64,000 bases of DNA from an uncultured delta proteobacterium (GCA_963745025.1 CAVUWD010000013.1:320001-384000); one strand, 5' to 3'; positions 20,005-30,277 are shown, counted from the first letter of the stretch. The notes: a model not told the origin generated them from the letters alone. Program-made: numbers and translations.

Positions 20005-23000
20005 TCCTCGGAAGGCTCATTCGCCGACACCGGACCGCGATTCTCGGCCTCACGCTCCTCGTTGCCGCGGCCGGGATGTGGACGACGGCGACGATGCCCG
20101 TCTCGATATTTCCCGAGATCGCGTTTCACCGGGTCGGCATCATCGCTCGCGCTGGAAACCTGCCGGTCGAGCAGACGCTCACCGCTTTGACGCAGCCGCT
20201 CGAGTCGGCGATCACCGGCGTCCTCGGCGTCGAGACCATCCGATCGGAGACGTCACGCGGCGGCGTCGAGCTCGACCTCCGATTCGGTTGGAGCGAGGAC
20301 ATGGGGGTCGCGCTGCAACGCGTTCAGGCCGTGGCGGACGAGGCTCGCGGAGAGCTGCCGGCGGGCACCGAGATCGAAACGCGCCTGCTCGACACTTCGG
20401 CCTTTCCGATCATCGGCATCGCGGTGACCTCCAAGACGCATACGCTCGCGGAAATCTCCGACACGGTGCTTTACGAGATCGCGCCGCGACTGCGCACCGT
20501 CGCCGGCGTCTATCGCGTCGAGCCGACCGGCGCCAAGATCCGCGAGTACGCGCTCACGCTCGATCCGGCGGCGCTGGTCCGCCATCGTGTCGATCTCGCG
20601 ACGATCGAGGCCGCGGTCCGGGCGAGCAACGCGATTTCTTCCGTCGGGCAGGTACGCGACGGGCATCAGCTCGTGCTGACGGTCATGCAGGGCCAAGGGA
20701 CCGCGCTCGACACGCTCGGGAGCGTCGTCGTCAAGCGGCAGCAGGGCGTACCGGTCACGCTCGGCGATCTCGCCGAGATCCAATCGGTAATCCGTGAAGA
20801 CTTCACGCGTGCGGCGGCGAACGGCGAGACGGCCGTCCTGATCGGCGTTTCGCGGCAACCGTCGGGAAACGCCGTGACGATCTCGCAGGGGGTGGAGCGC
20901 GAGCTCGCGGCGCTTCGTACGGCCCATCCCGACTACGGCCTGTCCACCTACTACGACCAGGCCGACCTGGTGAGTGACGCGATCGCGAGCGTCCGCGACG
21001 CCATCGCCATCGGTCTCGTGCTCGCGGTGGCGACGATCTTCTTCTTCATCGCCGACGTGCGGGCGATCGCCGTCGCTGCCGCCGTGATTCCCGCGACTCT
21101 TCTCGCCACGACGATCGTGCTTCATGCGTTCGGCGCCACGTTCAACCTCATGACGCTGGGCGGGATCGCCGCCGGCATCGGCCTCGTGCTCGACGATGCG
21201 ATCGTCGTCGTCGAGAACTTTCATCGCCACCGACTCGGCGGCGAGGACGCGATCGAGGCCCTCGCCGCGTCGACGTCGGAGATCGCGCCGGCGCTCGTCG
21301 GCTCCACGCTCACTCCGATCGCGGTGCTCGTGCCGCTCTGCCTGCTTGGCGAGGTGCCGGGCGCGTTCTTCCGACCGCTGGCGCTGACGATGTCGGTCGC
21401 GCTCCTCATCTCGCTCGCGTTCGCGCTGAGCTTCACGCCCGCGCTGACCGCGGCTCTCGAGCCGGCGGAGCATCGCGACGTCCGTCGCGGTCCGGGAGAT
21501 CGGATCGCGCTCTGGCTCTCCGGATGGTACGCGAGGGCGCTCGGTTGGACGCTCGCTCACGCATGGGTCGCGTTCGTCGGGGGCGCCGTCTTCGTCGGCA
21601 TCGCCTGGCTCTCGTACCGCAATCTCGAGAGCGGCTTCGTGCCGCAGATGGACGAGGGCGCGTTCATCCTCGATTATTGGGCGCCGGCCGGGGCGTCTCC
21701 CGACGAAACCGTGTCGATGCTCGAGCGGGTCGACGAGGTCTTGCGGCGGACGCCCGACGTCGCCTCGTTCGCGCGCCGCACCGGCGCCGAGCTCGGCTTC
21801 TTTCTCACCGAGGCGAACCGGGGAGACTACGCGGTGCGGCTGCGACGCCGCGGCCGGCGGCCGATCGAAGCGGTGATCGCAGAGGTCCGCTCGGCGATCC
21901 AAGAGCGCGTTCCCATGCTCCGCACCGAGTTCGTGCAGATTCTCCAGGACATGATCGGAGACCTGAGCGGCCAGCCCGCGCCGGTCGAGCTCAAGCTCTT
22001 CGGCTCGGATCCCGCGGCGCTCGAGCGGACGGCCGCCGCTGCCGAGGCGCTCGTTCACCGCGTGCCCGGGGTCGTCGACAGCTTCAGCGGGATCACCCCG
22101 CTCGGACCTGTGCGACGGCTGACGGTCGACGAGCGAAACGCCACGCTCGTCGGCCTCGACCCGTCGATGGTCGAGCACTGGCTGGAGACGGCCGTCACCG
22201 GAAGCCTGGTTGGACGGGTGCTCGAGCGCGACCGCGCGATCCCGCTCCGGCTGCGCTACCCCGACCGCTTCCGCGATCGCAGCGACGCGCTCGCCGACGT
22301 CACGCTCGTCGCCCCGGACGGCCGCCTGGCGCCGCTTCGCTCGCTCGTTCGCTTCGAGCCGACGGCGACTGCCGTCAAGCGCGAGCGGGAGAATCTCCGC
22401 TCGCTCGTGCGCGTGACGGCGCGAATCGAGGAACGCGATCTCGGGTCGGTGATCGCCGACGTCAAGCGCACCGTTGCCGACGAGCTCGAGCTACCGGCAG
22501 GGGTGAGCGCGGAGTACGGTGGCCTCTATGCGAGCCAGCAGCGTGCGTTCGGCGAGCTCGCGCTCGCCTTCGCGGCCGCGCTCGGCTCCGTTTCGGCGAT
22601 TCTGCTCGCCGAATTCGGCTCGCTCGCGGCGGTTGTGGCCATCGTCGTCGGCAGCGCGACGGCGCTTTGCGGGAGCCTCCTCGCTCTGTGGACGACCGCA
22701 ACGTCGCTCAACGTCTCCTCCGTCGTCGGCCTGATCATGGTGCTCGGGATCGTGGCGAAGAACGGGATCTTGCTTCTCGACTTCGCGAGCCGCGAGCGCG
22801 CCGCGACGGGCGATCTGGCCGCTGCGCTCGTCGAAGCCGGGCGCATTCGGCTGCGGCCCATCCTGATGACGTCGGCGGCCGCGATCGCCGGCCTCGCGCC
22901 GCTCGCCCTGGGAATCGGCGCCGGCGGCGAGATGCAGCGACCGCTGGCGATCGCGATCGTCGGCGGCGTATCCCTGTCGATGATCTTCTCGCTGGTCGCC

Positions 23001-23042
23001 GTGCCGTTATTCTACTCGTTGCTGGTGCGAAGATCCGGCTGA
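20001..23042 (+). CDS. RND efflux permease (CusA/CzcA/AcrB superfamily)
   Basis: 1013 aa; GLVLDDAIVVVEN, KNGILL, RLRPILMT, QRPLAIAIVGG. Confidence 0.95.
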   Translation: MILGRLIRRHRTAILGLTLLVAAAGMWTTATMPVSIFPEIAFHRVGIIARAGNLPVEQTLTALTQPLESAITGVLGVETIRSETSRGGVELDLRFGWSEDMGVALQRVQAVADEARGELPAGTEIETRLLDTSAFPIIGIAVTSKTHTLAEISDTVLYEIAPRLRTVAGVYRVEPTGAKIREYALTLDPAALVRHRVDLATIEAAVRASNAISSVGQVRDGHQLVLTVMQGQGTALDTLGSVVVKRQQGVPVTLGDLAEIQSVIREDFTRAAANGETAVLIGVSRQPSGNAVTISQGVERELAALRTAHPDYGLSTYYDQADLVSDAIASVRDAIAIGLVLAVATIFFFIADVRAIAVAAAVIPATLLATTIVLHAFGATFNLMTLGGIAAGIGLVLDDAIVVVENFHRHRLGGEDAIEALAASTSEIAPALVGSTLTPIAVLVPLCLLGEVPGAFFRPLALTMSVALLISLAFALSFTPALTAALEPAEHRDVRRGPGDRIALWLSGWYARALGWTLAHAWVAFVGGAVFVGIAWLSYRNLESGFVPQMDEGAFILDYWAPAGASPDETVSMLERVDEVLRRTPDVASFARRTGAELGFFLTEANRGDYAVRLRRRGRRPIEAVIAEVRSAIQERVPMLRTEFVQILQDMIGDLSGQPAPVELKLFGSDPAALERTAAAAEALVHRVPGVVDSFSGITPLGPVRRLTVDERNATLVGLDPSMVEHWLETAVTGSLVGRVLERDRAIPLRLRYPDRFRDRSDALADVTLVAPDGRLAPLRSLVRFEPTATAVKRERENLRSLVRVTARIEERDLGSVIADVKRTVADELELPAGVSAEYGGLYASQQRAFGELALAFAAALGSVSAILLAEFGSLAAVVAIVVGSATALCGSLLALWTTATSLNVSSVVGLIMVLGIVAKNGILLLDFASRERAATGDLAAALVEAGRIRLRPILMTSAAAIAGLAPLALGIGAGGEMQRPLAIAIVGGVSLSMIFSLVAVPLFYSLLVRRSG

Positions 23043-23129
23043 GACGGATTTCAGCCCGAAGCGGTTTTCTGTACTTCAGGAAGAAGCGGGCCGGGTGCTC
23101 GCGCGCAAACACGGGAAAGGAGGACGGCG

Positions 23130-24035
23130 ATGCGAATGTTCATCCATGGCGCCGCACTGCTGGCGATTCTCGGGGGCGCGGCGTGCGCCGCATCCGAGAG
23201 CAGCGGCGCTGCGGGTTCGCTCGACACGGCGCAGATCGAAGCGCTCACCGGCGTGAAGGGCGCGTTCGACGAGAAGGAGCAGGTTTACAAGGTCTCCGTC
23301 CCCCGCAAAGACCTGAAGGTCGTCGCTCGGGGCGTGCATCTCACGCCACCGATGGGCCTCACGTCCTGGGCGGCGTTCAAGCGAGCGGGGAGCGAAACCG
23401 TCGTCATGGGCGACATGGTCTTGGGCGAGGACCAGGTCGATGCGGTGATGAGCGTGGCGCTCGACAACGGTCTCGAAGTCACCGGCCTTCACAACCATTT
23501 TCTGTGGGAATCCCCGCGGGTGATGTTCATGCACGTCGGAGGCATGGCCGAAGAGGCGAGGCTTGCGAGCGCCGTCGGCAAAGTCTTCCAGAAGATTCAG
23601 GAGACGAGCGGTGGCTCCGGTCGGATGCCGACGACCGAGATCGACCCGGCAAAGACGACTCTCGATCCCAAGAAGCTCGATTCGATCCTCGGTACGAAGG
23701 GCGAGCTCAAGGACGGCGTCTACAAGGCGACCTTCGGCAGAATCACCCACATGCACGGTCACGAGATCGGCAACCTGATGGGCGTCAACACTTGGGCGGC
23801 GTTCGCCGGGTCGGACGACGAGGCGGTCGTCGACGGGGACTTCGCGGTGCTCGAGTCGGAGCTGCAGCGTGTTCTGAAGGCGCTGCGCGGTCACGGGATC
23901 GACATCGCCGCCATCCATCAGCACATGACCGGAGAAGAGCCGCGAATCATGTTCCTTCACTACTGGAGTCGAGGGAGCGTGGACGCTCTCGCGAAAGGCA
24001 TCCGCGCGGCTTTGGACGCGGCACGAACGACGTAG
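23130..24035 (+). CDS. DUF1259 (LppY/LpqO-like) two-repeat exported protein
   Basis: Repeated motifs WAAF..GD....LHNHFL..PRVMFMH and WAAF..GDF..IHQHM..PRIMFLHYW. Confidence 0.85.
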   Translation: MRMFIHGAALLAILGGAACAASESSGAAGSLDTAQIEALTGVKGAFDEKEQVYKVSVPRKDLKVVARGVHLTPPMGLTSWAAFKRAGSETVVMGDMVLGEDQVDAVMSVALDNGLEVTGLHNHFLWESPRVMFMHVGGMAEEARLASAVGKVFQKIQETSGGSGRMPTTEIDPAKTTLDPKKLDSILGTKGELKDGVYKATFGRITHMHGHEIGNLMGVNTWAAFAGSDDEAVVDGDFAVLESELQRVLKALRGHGIDIAAIHQHMTGEEPRIMFLHYWSRGSVDALAKGIRAALDAARTT

Positions 24036-24076
24036 TGCGGCACCGAACCGGTCTCCCCATCGTCATGGAACCTCCG

Positions 24077-25252
24077 ATGGACTCGACGGCTCGGGCCCGC
24101 AAAGTCCCGATTCTCGAGCTCGTCCGCTACTACCTTCGGCTCGGCGCTCTGGGATTCGGCGGCCCGGTCGCGCTCTGCGGACAGATGGAGAAGGATCTCG
24201 TCGAGGAGCGCCAGTGGCTCACTGGCGCAGAGATGCGAGAAGCGATCGCCGTCTGCCAGTCGCTCCCGGGTCCCTTGGCGATCCAGGTCGGCATCTTGGT
24301 CTCGTATCTCCGCGGCGGCTTCTGGGGGGCGTTGGCCGGGGGATGCGCCTTCGTCCTTCCCAACTTCGTCATCGTCGCGGCGCTAGCGGCGCTCTACGTG
24401 CACTTCGGGGGCCTACCCCCGGTCACCGCGATTTTCTACGGCGTCAGTCCCGCGGTGATCGCTTTGATCCTCCACTCCTGCTACCGCCTCGCGAAGCTCG
24501 GCATGGAGGATCGGCTGCAGTGGTTGATTGCCGCGGTGTGCCTCATCGTCACGATCGCCGTCCAGGCGGAGGTCGCGCTGCTCTTCGTCGTGGCGGGATT
24601 GATCGGAGCCATTTGCTACGGGTCGATCGGCCGTCGATACGCCGCGTCGGCGCTGTCTTCGCTCGCGATTCCGCTGAACGTGGGCGCTCCGCAGGCGGCG
24701 CCGGGCATTCTCGCGAAACTCGCGTTTTTCTTTCTGAAGGCCGGGTCGCTCACGTTCGGGAGCGGGCTCGTCATCGTCCCCTTTCTCGAAAAGGGGCTAG
24801 TCCAGCAAACCGGCTGGCTCGACGAGCGGCAATTCCTGGTCGCGGTAGCGATCGGCATGATCAGCCCCGGGCCCGTCGTCATCACGGCAACGTTCGTCGG
24901 CTACCTCGTGGCCGGGTTCTGGGGCTCGCTCGTCTCGACGGTCGGAATCTTCCTGCCGTCTTTTCTGCTCGTCTTGATCGTCGCACCCGTCCTCGTCCGC
25001 CACCGCGCGAATCCGAACGTTCAGGGTTTCGTCAAAGGCGCCTACGCCGCAGCCATCGGCACGATTCTGGGCGCCTGTCTTTTGCTCGGGCGGATCGCGA
25101 TCGGGGACTGGCTGACGGCTCTCATCGCGTTGGCGAGTCTCGCCGTCCTCTCTCGGTTCAAGGTCAGTAATCCCGCGCTCGTCGCAGCGACGGCCGTGGT
25201 GGGTCTGATCGCGTTTCCGATCCTCAAGCCGACGTGGGTGTTCGTTAGATGA
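24077..25252 (+). CDS. chrA: Chromate efflux transporter (long-chain CHR)
   Basis: GALGFGGP, CQSLPGP, GSLTFGSG, GMISPGP; start at 24065 or 24077. Confidence 0.92.
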   Translation: MDSTARARKVPILELVRYYLRLGALGFGGPVALCGQMEKDLVEERQWLTGAEMREAIAVCQSLPGPLAIQVGILVSYLRGGFWGALAGGCAFVLPNFVIVAALAALYVHFGGLPPVTAIFYGVSPAVIALILHSCYRLAKLGMEDRLQWLIAAVCLIVTIAVQAEVALLFVVAGLIGAICYGSIGRRYAASALSSLAIPLNVGAPQAAPGILAKLAFFFLKAGSLTFGSGLVIVPFLEKGLVQQTGWLDERQFLVAVAIGMISPGPVVITATFVGYLVAGFWGSLVSTVGIFLPSFLLVLIVAPVLVRHRANPNVQGFVKGAYAAAIGTILGACLLLGRIAIGDWLTALIALASLAVLSRFKVSNPALVAATAVVGLIAFPILKPTWVFVR

Positions 25253-26011
25253 CGGAGAAAGGCAAAATGCGCACGACGCATCTCTCTCGTCGGACTTTCC
25301 TCGGGAGCGTCTCCATCCAGGCCGCTAGCGTGGCGATCGGCAATTCGCTCGGGCATGCCTGGGAATCGTCCGTGCCCAGAGAGACAGGCCTCTCGTCGGA
25401 AGGGTTACTCGTCGGCAAGCCGGGATTCCAGCCCCGGACCGTGGCGCCGCTGCTTCACGACGAGCTGCCCGGCTTTCTGTCGCGCGCTCAGCTTGCCGAG
25501 CATCATGCCGAGTACGTCCGCAGCGTCGGGGCGCTGAAATCCGCCGAGCAGGCGCTTGCGAGCGCTGACCGAAGCCCGGCTGCAGGTGCCACCTATGCCG
25601 AGCTTCGCCGCAAGCAGGTCTCGGCGGCGAACGACACACTGCTTCACGAGCTCTACTTTCTGAATCTGGCAACGGAAGAGGTCGAGCTACCCAAATACTT
25701 GCGACCCCACATGCGTGAGCACATGGGATCGCTGGAGAGCTGGGCTGCGGATTTCACCGCATGCGCCTTACTGGCAAAGAAGTGGGCGGCACTGATTTAC
25801 GATCCCTACGACGACCGCTGGCACAACGTCATCATGGATAGCGACGTGGATGGCGTGTGGATCGGTGCCAACCCTCTCGTCGTTTGCGACGTCGAAGATC
25901 GCGCGTACCGAAAGGATTACGATGAGACGCGAGGACTACGTGGCGAAGTTCCTGAAGCGGATCGCTTGGGACGAAGTAGCGGCACGATACAAGAGCGTTG
26001 ATCGGATGTGA
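25249..26011 (+). pseudogene. Tat-exported Fe/Mn superoxide dismutase-like (ChrC-like) gene, frameshifted near the 3' end
   Basis: SRRTFL Tat motif, AEHHAEY, LHELYF, PLVVCDVEDRAY. The SOD-like tail RREDYVAKFLKRIAWDEVAARY lies in another frame after ~25925 and stops at 26011. Confidence 0.75.
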
Positions 26012-26297
26012 TCTGCAGGCATCGCCGACGAGACCCGGGAGCCGAGCCGGCGGCGCGCAATCCGCCGGCGTTTCGCGTCCGCGTAGGGCCTCCGTCTTGG
26101 CCACAAGGCCGCCGCCCATCCACGCGCGTGCGCGCCTCGACGAGGCCGTCGCCGACAACGACAGCGAAGCGCTGCAACGGTCCGCGCTTTCGCGCTATCC
26201 CTCCACCGGAGCTCCGTAGCCAAGACGGAGCCGTTTCGCGGCCGCAAGGATCTCGATTTTCGTCCTGGAATGCGTTCTAGTAAACGGGATGCTGACA

Positions 26298-26611
26298 GGC
26301 GAAACCACACGGGCGAGCTTCGCAACATCCTCTTCGACGCCACGGTGGGCTACCGCGGCTGGGAGCTGTACCCGGCCTACATCGGCATCGGCTTCTTCGT
26401 TCGTGGCGAGCGCCCCACACCCGGGCCCTTCGGAGTTCTCAACTCGCCGCAGACCTTCGGCGGAGTCGGAGCGGGCTCGACGGGATTCTGGGTCGATCGG
26501 GAGCGCGAGCTCTCGTTTGCGTTCCTGTCAACCGGGTTGATGGAGGACAGCCACCACTTCGAGCGCCTCGGCAGGCTGTCGGATCTGATCGTTTCGTCGA
26601 TCGTGCGCTGA
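26298..26611 (+). pseudogene. C-terminal remnant of a beta-lactamase-family serine hydrolase
   Basis: RNHTGELRN..GIGFFVRG..SPQTFGGVGAGSTGFWVDRERELSFAFLS; no N-terminal SxxK region. Confidence 0.75.
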
Positions 26612-26624
26612 GTCAGACTCCTGC

Positions 26625-27110
26625 TCACTGTCCTCGGGAAATCTCGCCGAACAGCGGCGGGGCGGTGAGCTTCACCTCTCGCTTGAGGCGGACGCGCTGG
26701 TGATCGCGGATCGCCGTCTCGATCTCGCTCGCGCGTCCGGCCGGCAGCGTCTGCCGATGCTCGGCGGTCCAGCGCAGGATCTCGCCGAGGTGTTCGTCGA
26801 GGCGGTCGCGCATCGGCTCGAGTTCGGCCGCGGTCAGCCGCGAGGTCGCGAGACGTTCCGCCGGCGCGGGCGGCGGGACGGGCTCCGCATCCTCGAGAAG
26901 CGCCGCGATGCGCTCGACCAACGAAAGCCCCTCCGCGACGTCGTCGTGCAGCGGACCGACCGCCCACTCGACGCGCGGCTTCAAGTTCCGAAGCATGTCG
27001 AGGGCGCCATACGCCTGGCCGCGCGCGGATTCCTCCTGGATCTTGGGGATCACCCTCGAGTGGAGAACGTCGATGATGCCGTCGAAGATTCGCTCGAGCG
27101 AGTTCGTCAT
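26625..27110 (-). CDS. Helical hypothetical protein, translationally coupled to the phosphotransferase
   Basis: ATG at 27110 overlaps the upstream stop; MTNSLERIFDGIIDVLHSRVIP... Confidence 0.7.
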   Translation of the reverse strand: MTNSLERIFDGIIDVLHSRVIPKIQEESARGQAYGALDMLRNLKPRVEWAVGPLHDDVAEGLSLVERIAALLEDAEPVPPPAPAERLATSRLTAAELEPMRDRLDEHLGEILRWTAEHRQTLPAGRASEIETAIRDHQRVRLKREVKLTAPPLFGEISRGQ

Positions 27111-28150
27111 GTCTTTCCCTCGATCGTCGCCTCGAGCTGCAGGATGAGGCGCGGCAAGTGGACGCCCATCACCGCGAGCCGAAGGTCGTCGAACCGTCCG
27201 TCCTCGAAGCAGCGGGCGGCGCCGACGTGGATCACGGCGAGCTTGAAGGTGCCGAACGCCTCGTAGAACTGCACCGCGGCGGGGGACACCGCGACTCCGC
27301 TCAACTCCTCGTAGCGCTCGTACAGGCGCGGACGTTCGATCAGATGACACATATACGGTGAGCGGCCGCGGAAGGTCCTCATGCAAATCCATCCGAGGTC
27401 TTCGAGTGGATCGCCGAGATGGACGAGCTCCCAGTCGAGGATGGCGGTGATGCGGCCGCCGCTCTCGAGAAAGTTTCCCGTGCGATAATCGCCGTGGACG
27501 ACGGCGACCCGCGAAGCGGCCGGGCGATGCGCCTTCAGCCACACAATCCCCCATTCGAGCATCGGATAGGGGCGAAACGCCCAGCGTGCGAGGAGCGCCT
27601 CCCAGAAGGCGATCTGCAGGGTCGCCGCAGAGCGCTCGTCTACCCCGGGTCCGAGGGTCTCGAGCGGCGTGCCACGCCACTCGAAACGGTGGAGAGCGGC
27701 GAGCGCCGCCACGAACTGCTCGGCGAGCGTTTCGCGGAGTGGCGTGGGAAACGCCTCGTGACCCTCGGCGACCCAAGGAAGAGGCGCTTCGCCTTCGACC
27801 TTCTCGCAGATGAAGAAGGGAGCGCCGAAGTGTTCGAGCTCTTCGCTATACCAATACGCGCGCGGGACCGGCACTGCCGAGCCGGAGAGCGCGTCGAGCG
27901 CCGCGAACTGCGGGAATGCGCGATACGGCGCGAAGAGTCCCTCCGGCGGGCCGAGGCGCAGGATCAGGTTCTCGTGGCGAAGCCCGCTCGCTTCGCGCCA
28001 GCTCGCCTCGAAGCCGATGGTGATCCAGGAAAAGCCCACGGTGTAGCGCCGGAGTCCGGAGACGGCGACTTCGGCGCCGACTTGACGGCGCAAGAACGCC
28101 GCGAGGTTCTTCGCGACCTTCTCGTCGTCGAAGGCCGAAGCCTGCTCCAT
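27107..28150 (-). CDS. APH-like phosphotransferase (ACAD10/11 N-terminal type)
   Basis: VPVPR, GAPFFI, VHGDYRTGN, ILDWELVHLGDPLEDLGW. Confidence 0.9.
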   Translation of the reverse strand: MEQASAFDDEKVAKNLAAFLRRQVGAEVAVSGLRRYTVGFSWITIGFEASWREASGLRHENLILRLGPPEGLFAPYRAFPQFAALDALSGSAVPVPRAYWYSEELEHFGAPFFICEKVEGEAPLPWVAEGHEAFPTPLRETLAEQFVAALAALHRFEWRGTPLETLGPGVDERSAATLQIAFWEALLARWAFRPYPMLEWGIVWLKAHRPAASRVAVVHGDYRTGNFLESGGRITAILDWELVHLGDPLEDLGWICMRTFRGRSPYMCHLIERPRLYERYEELSGVAVSPAAVQFYEAFGTFKLAVIHVGAARCFEDGRFDDLRLAVMGVHLPRLILQLEATIEGKT

Positions 28151-28163
28151 CGCCCGTTTCAGG

Positions 28164-29189
28164 CTACACGCCCGAAGCGACTTCGTAGATGCCGAAGCCG
28201 CTGCCGGCTTCGGTTTCGAACCGACAGAGGTGATCGTTCAGGCCGGTGACCGCGGCGACGAGCGCCGGATCTCCGGTCGACCAGCGCTCGCTCTCGCAGA
28301 CGAGAGGGCCGCGGCGCATGCCCTGCGAGAGGCCGCGCCACCCGCCGTAGAGGCCGCCTCGGAGATAGATCGTCGCCGCGGGCGGGCTCGCGCGGAGCTC
28401 GACCGCTTCGCCGGTTTCGGTGCGCAGCGAGGCGTGGGCTCCGCGGAAGCGGCCGCGCTCGTCCCAATCGAGGATGCGCTCGACCGACGTGACCTTGGTC
28501 TCGCCCTTCGGCCCCGCGAGGCCGGCGCCGAGCAAGTGCGGCCCGCGGCTTCCGCCTCCGGAGAGGAGATAGAAGACGGCGCGGTCGCCGACGCGTGCGA
28601 CCACCCAGTCGTGACGACCCGCGGTCGGGGAAGGCGGCTCGCTCGGCGGCGCTTCGCTCGCGCCCGGGCGGATGCCCCAGGAGCGGTCGCGCAGACCGAA
28701 CCACGAGTCGGCGGTGAGCTCGCGCGCGACTCCGTCGATCGCCAGCCGGCCCTGCACGCGACCGAGCTCGACGAAGTGGGACCAGTCGAGGAGCGCTCCG
28801 GTCCTCCGCGAGCGGCGCTCGATATGTCCCGCGTCGATCGGAGGGAGGTCGGCGACGAACTCGAGGTCGTAGGAGACCTTCGCGTCGTTCTCGCCGAGCC
28901 GCAGCCGCCAGCGCCGCAGCGGCTCGAGAATCTCGGCGGAGAGGGGCCCGGCCTCCAGCCGCCGCTCGCTCGGCGCGCGCTCCGCAGAGGCGCGAAAGTT
29001 TCGCTGCGCGCCGCGCTCGACGAGGATCGCGAACCCGTCGACCACGCCGGCTCGCGGATAATGGCCCATGCCGAGCGAGAGCGTGACGTCGCCCGTGGGC
29101 GAGTGGACGTTCATGTAGAAGCGATCGAACCAACCGGGATCATCCGTCTGCGGCTGATGGGAGAAGAGATCGTCGTTCTGGCTCGGCAT
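28164..29189 (-). CDS. Conserved hypothetical beta-rich protein (tocopherol-cyclase/AttH-like fold suspected)
   Basis: WFDRFY, GPLSAEILEPLRRWRL, GLRDRSWGIRP. Confidence 0.65.
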   Translation of the reverse strand: MPSQNDDLFSHQPQTDDPGWFDRFYMNVHSPTGDVTLSLGMGHYPRAGVVDGFAILVERGAQRNFRASAERAPSERRLEAGPLSAEILEPLRRWRLRLGENDAKVSYDLEFVADLPPIDAGHIERRSRRTGALLDWSHFVELGRVQGRLAIDGVARELTADSWFGLRDRSWGIRPGASEAPPSEPPSPTAGRHDWVVARVGDRAVFYLLSGGGSRGPHLLGAGLAGPKGETKVTSVERILDWDERGRFRGAHASLRTETGEAVELRASPPAATIYLRGGLYGGWRGLSQGMRRGPLVCESERWSTGDPALVAAVTGLNDHLCRFETEAGSGFGIYEVASGV

Positions 29190-29192
29190 GGA

Positions 29193-30143
29193 TCACCTCG
29201 TCTGGGCGCGCCGCGACTCGCGCTCGGTCTTCTCGGACTCGCTCTCGCCGAGGTGCTCGACGAAGAAGTCCGTCGCGTGGCGGAGCGACACGGACAGCCC
29301 CGGCTCGGAGTAGAGCCCGAGCTGATCGAACGGGAGGAACTCCAGCCGCTTCGGCTCGCTCGCTCGCTCGTAGGCTTGGCCGACCGCCCAGGCCGGATGG
29401 ACGACGTCGCGGCCGGCGGTCGTGACGATCAACAGCGGCCGCGGCGTGATGCGACCGACGAACGAGATCGGGGTCCACTCGAGGATCCGCTCGACCGACT
29501 CGAGCGTCATCGTATCGTCCCAGGTCTTGAGCAGCGCTTTTGCCCCGGCGAAGAAGTCGACGATCGACTGGTCGGAGGGAAGCCCGCAGAGCTCCCCGGG
29601 CCGTCCGCCAACCGGTATCCGCCGGCTCTTCTCGCCCCGGTAGCGGCGGGCGCGATCCTCGTCGAGGGCGGCGAGCAGCTCGTCGAATTGATCCTCGCTG
29701 CGGAGGAGCTTCATCCAGCGGTAGCCGTCGACGACCGGCACTTGCGACACCACGGCCTTCACGCGGCGGTCGACGGCGCCGACGAACATCACGAGTCCGC
29801 CGGCGAAGCTCGTTCCCCAGATCCCGATGCGATCCGGATCCACCTCGGGGCGCGACTGCAGGTAGCTCACGGCGTTGCGATAGTCCTCCGCCTCGTTCAG
29901 CGGAAACAGCTCGGCGCGCGGGTCGCCCTCGGAACGGCCGAAGCTGCGGTAGTCGATCGCCAGCGTGACGAAGCCGGCTCGCGCGAACCAGCGGCCGTGC
30001 TCGACGAGCGCTTCCTTGACGACCGAGAAGCCGTGGCCGATCACCAGGCCGGGACGCTTCGCTCCGGAGCGAAGATCGTCGGGCAGGTAGAGATCCGCCG
30101 CGCAGCGGAGCCCACCGCTACGAAAGAAAATCTCGGTTTCCAT
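29193..30143 (-). CDS. Alpha/beta hydrolase (FrsA/CocE-like)
   Basis: IGHGFS, DYRSFGRSEG, RIGIWGTSFAGG; GGAGG 8 nt upstream of ATG at 30143. Confidence 0.88.
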   Translation of the reverse strand: METEIFFRSGGLRCAADLYLPDDLRSGAKRPGLVIGHGFSVVKEALVEHGRWFARAGFVTLAIDYRSFGRSEGDPRAELFPLNEAEDYRNAVSYLQSRPEVDPDRIGIWGTSFAGGLVMFVGAVDRRVKAVVSQVPVVDGYRWMKLLRSEDQFDELLAALDEDRARRYRGEKSRRIPVGGRPGELCGLPSDQSIVDFFAGAKALLKTWDDTMTLESVERILEWTPISFVGRITPRPLLIVTTAGRDVVHPAWAVGQAYERASEPKRLEFLPFDQLGLYSEPGLSVSLRHATDFFVEHLGESESEKTERESRRAQTR

Positions 30144-30277
30144 GAGCATCACCTCCTCGGGTTCGTGGACGCCCGGGCTCTCCCGCACCCGATACCACGG
30201 CTCCGTGCGCACGCGCATACTGGTTTCTCGGCGGGGATGTAGGGCGGTTCCCCTCGAATGCTTCGGAGCACGGAGAA

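Noticed and set aside
21524-25252. 1242-aa ORF as a giant ChrA fusion
   Set aside because: The first ~850 codons are an Arg/Ala-rich off-frame shadow of the RND and DUF1259 genes; ChrA begins at 24065 or 24077.
26080-26235. Inverted CTCCGTCTTGGC/GCCAAGACGGAG pair, and GTAGGGCCTCC shared with 36835-36845, as a MITE
   Set aside because: Matches are only 11-13 bp in GC-rich DNA, with no target duplication; too weak.
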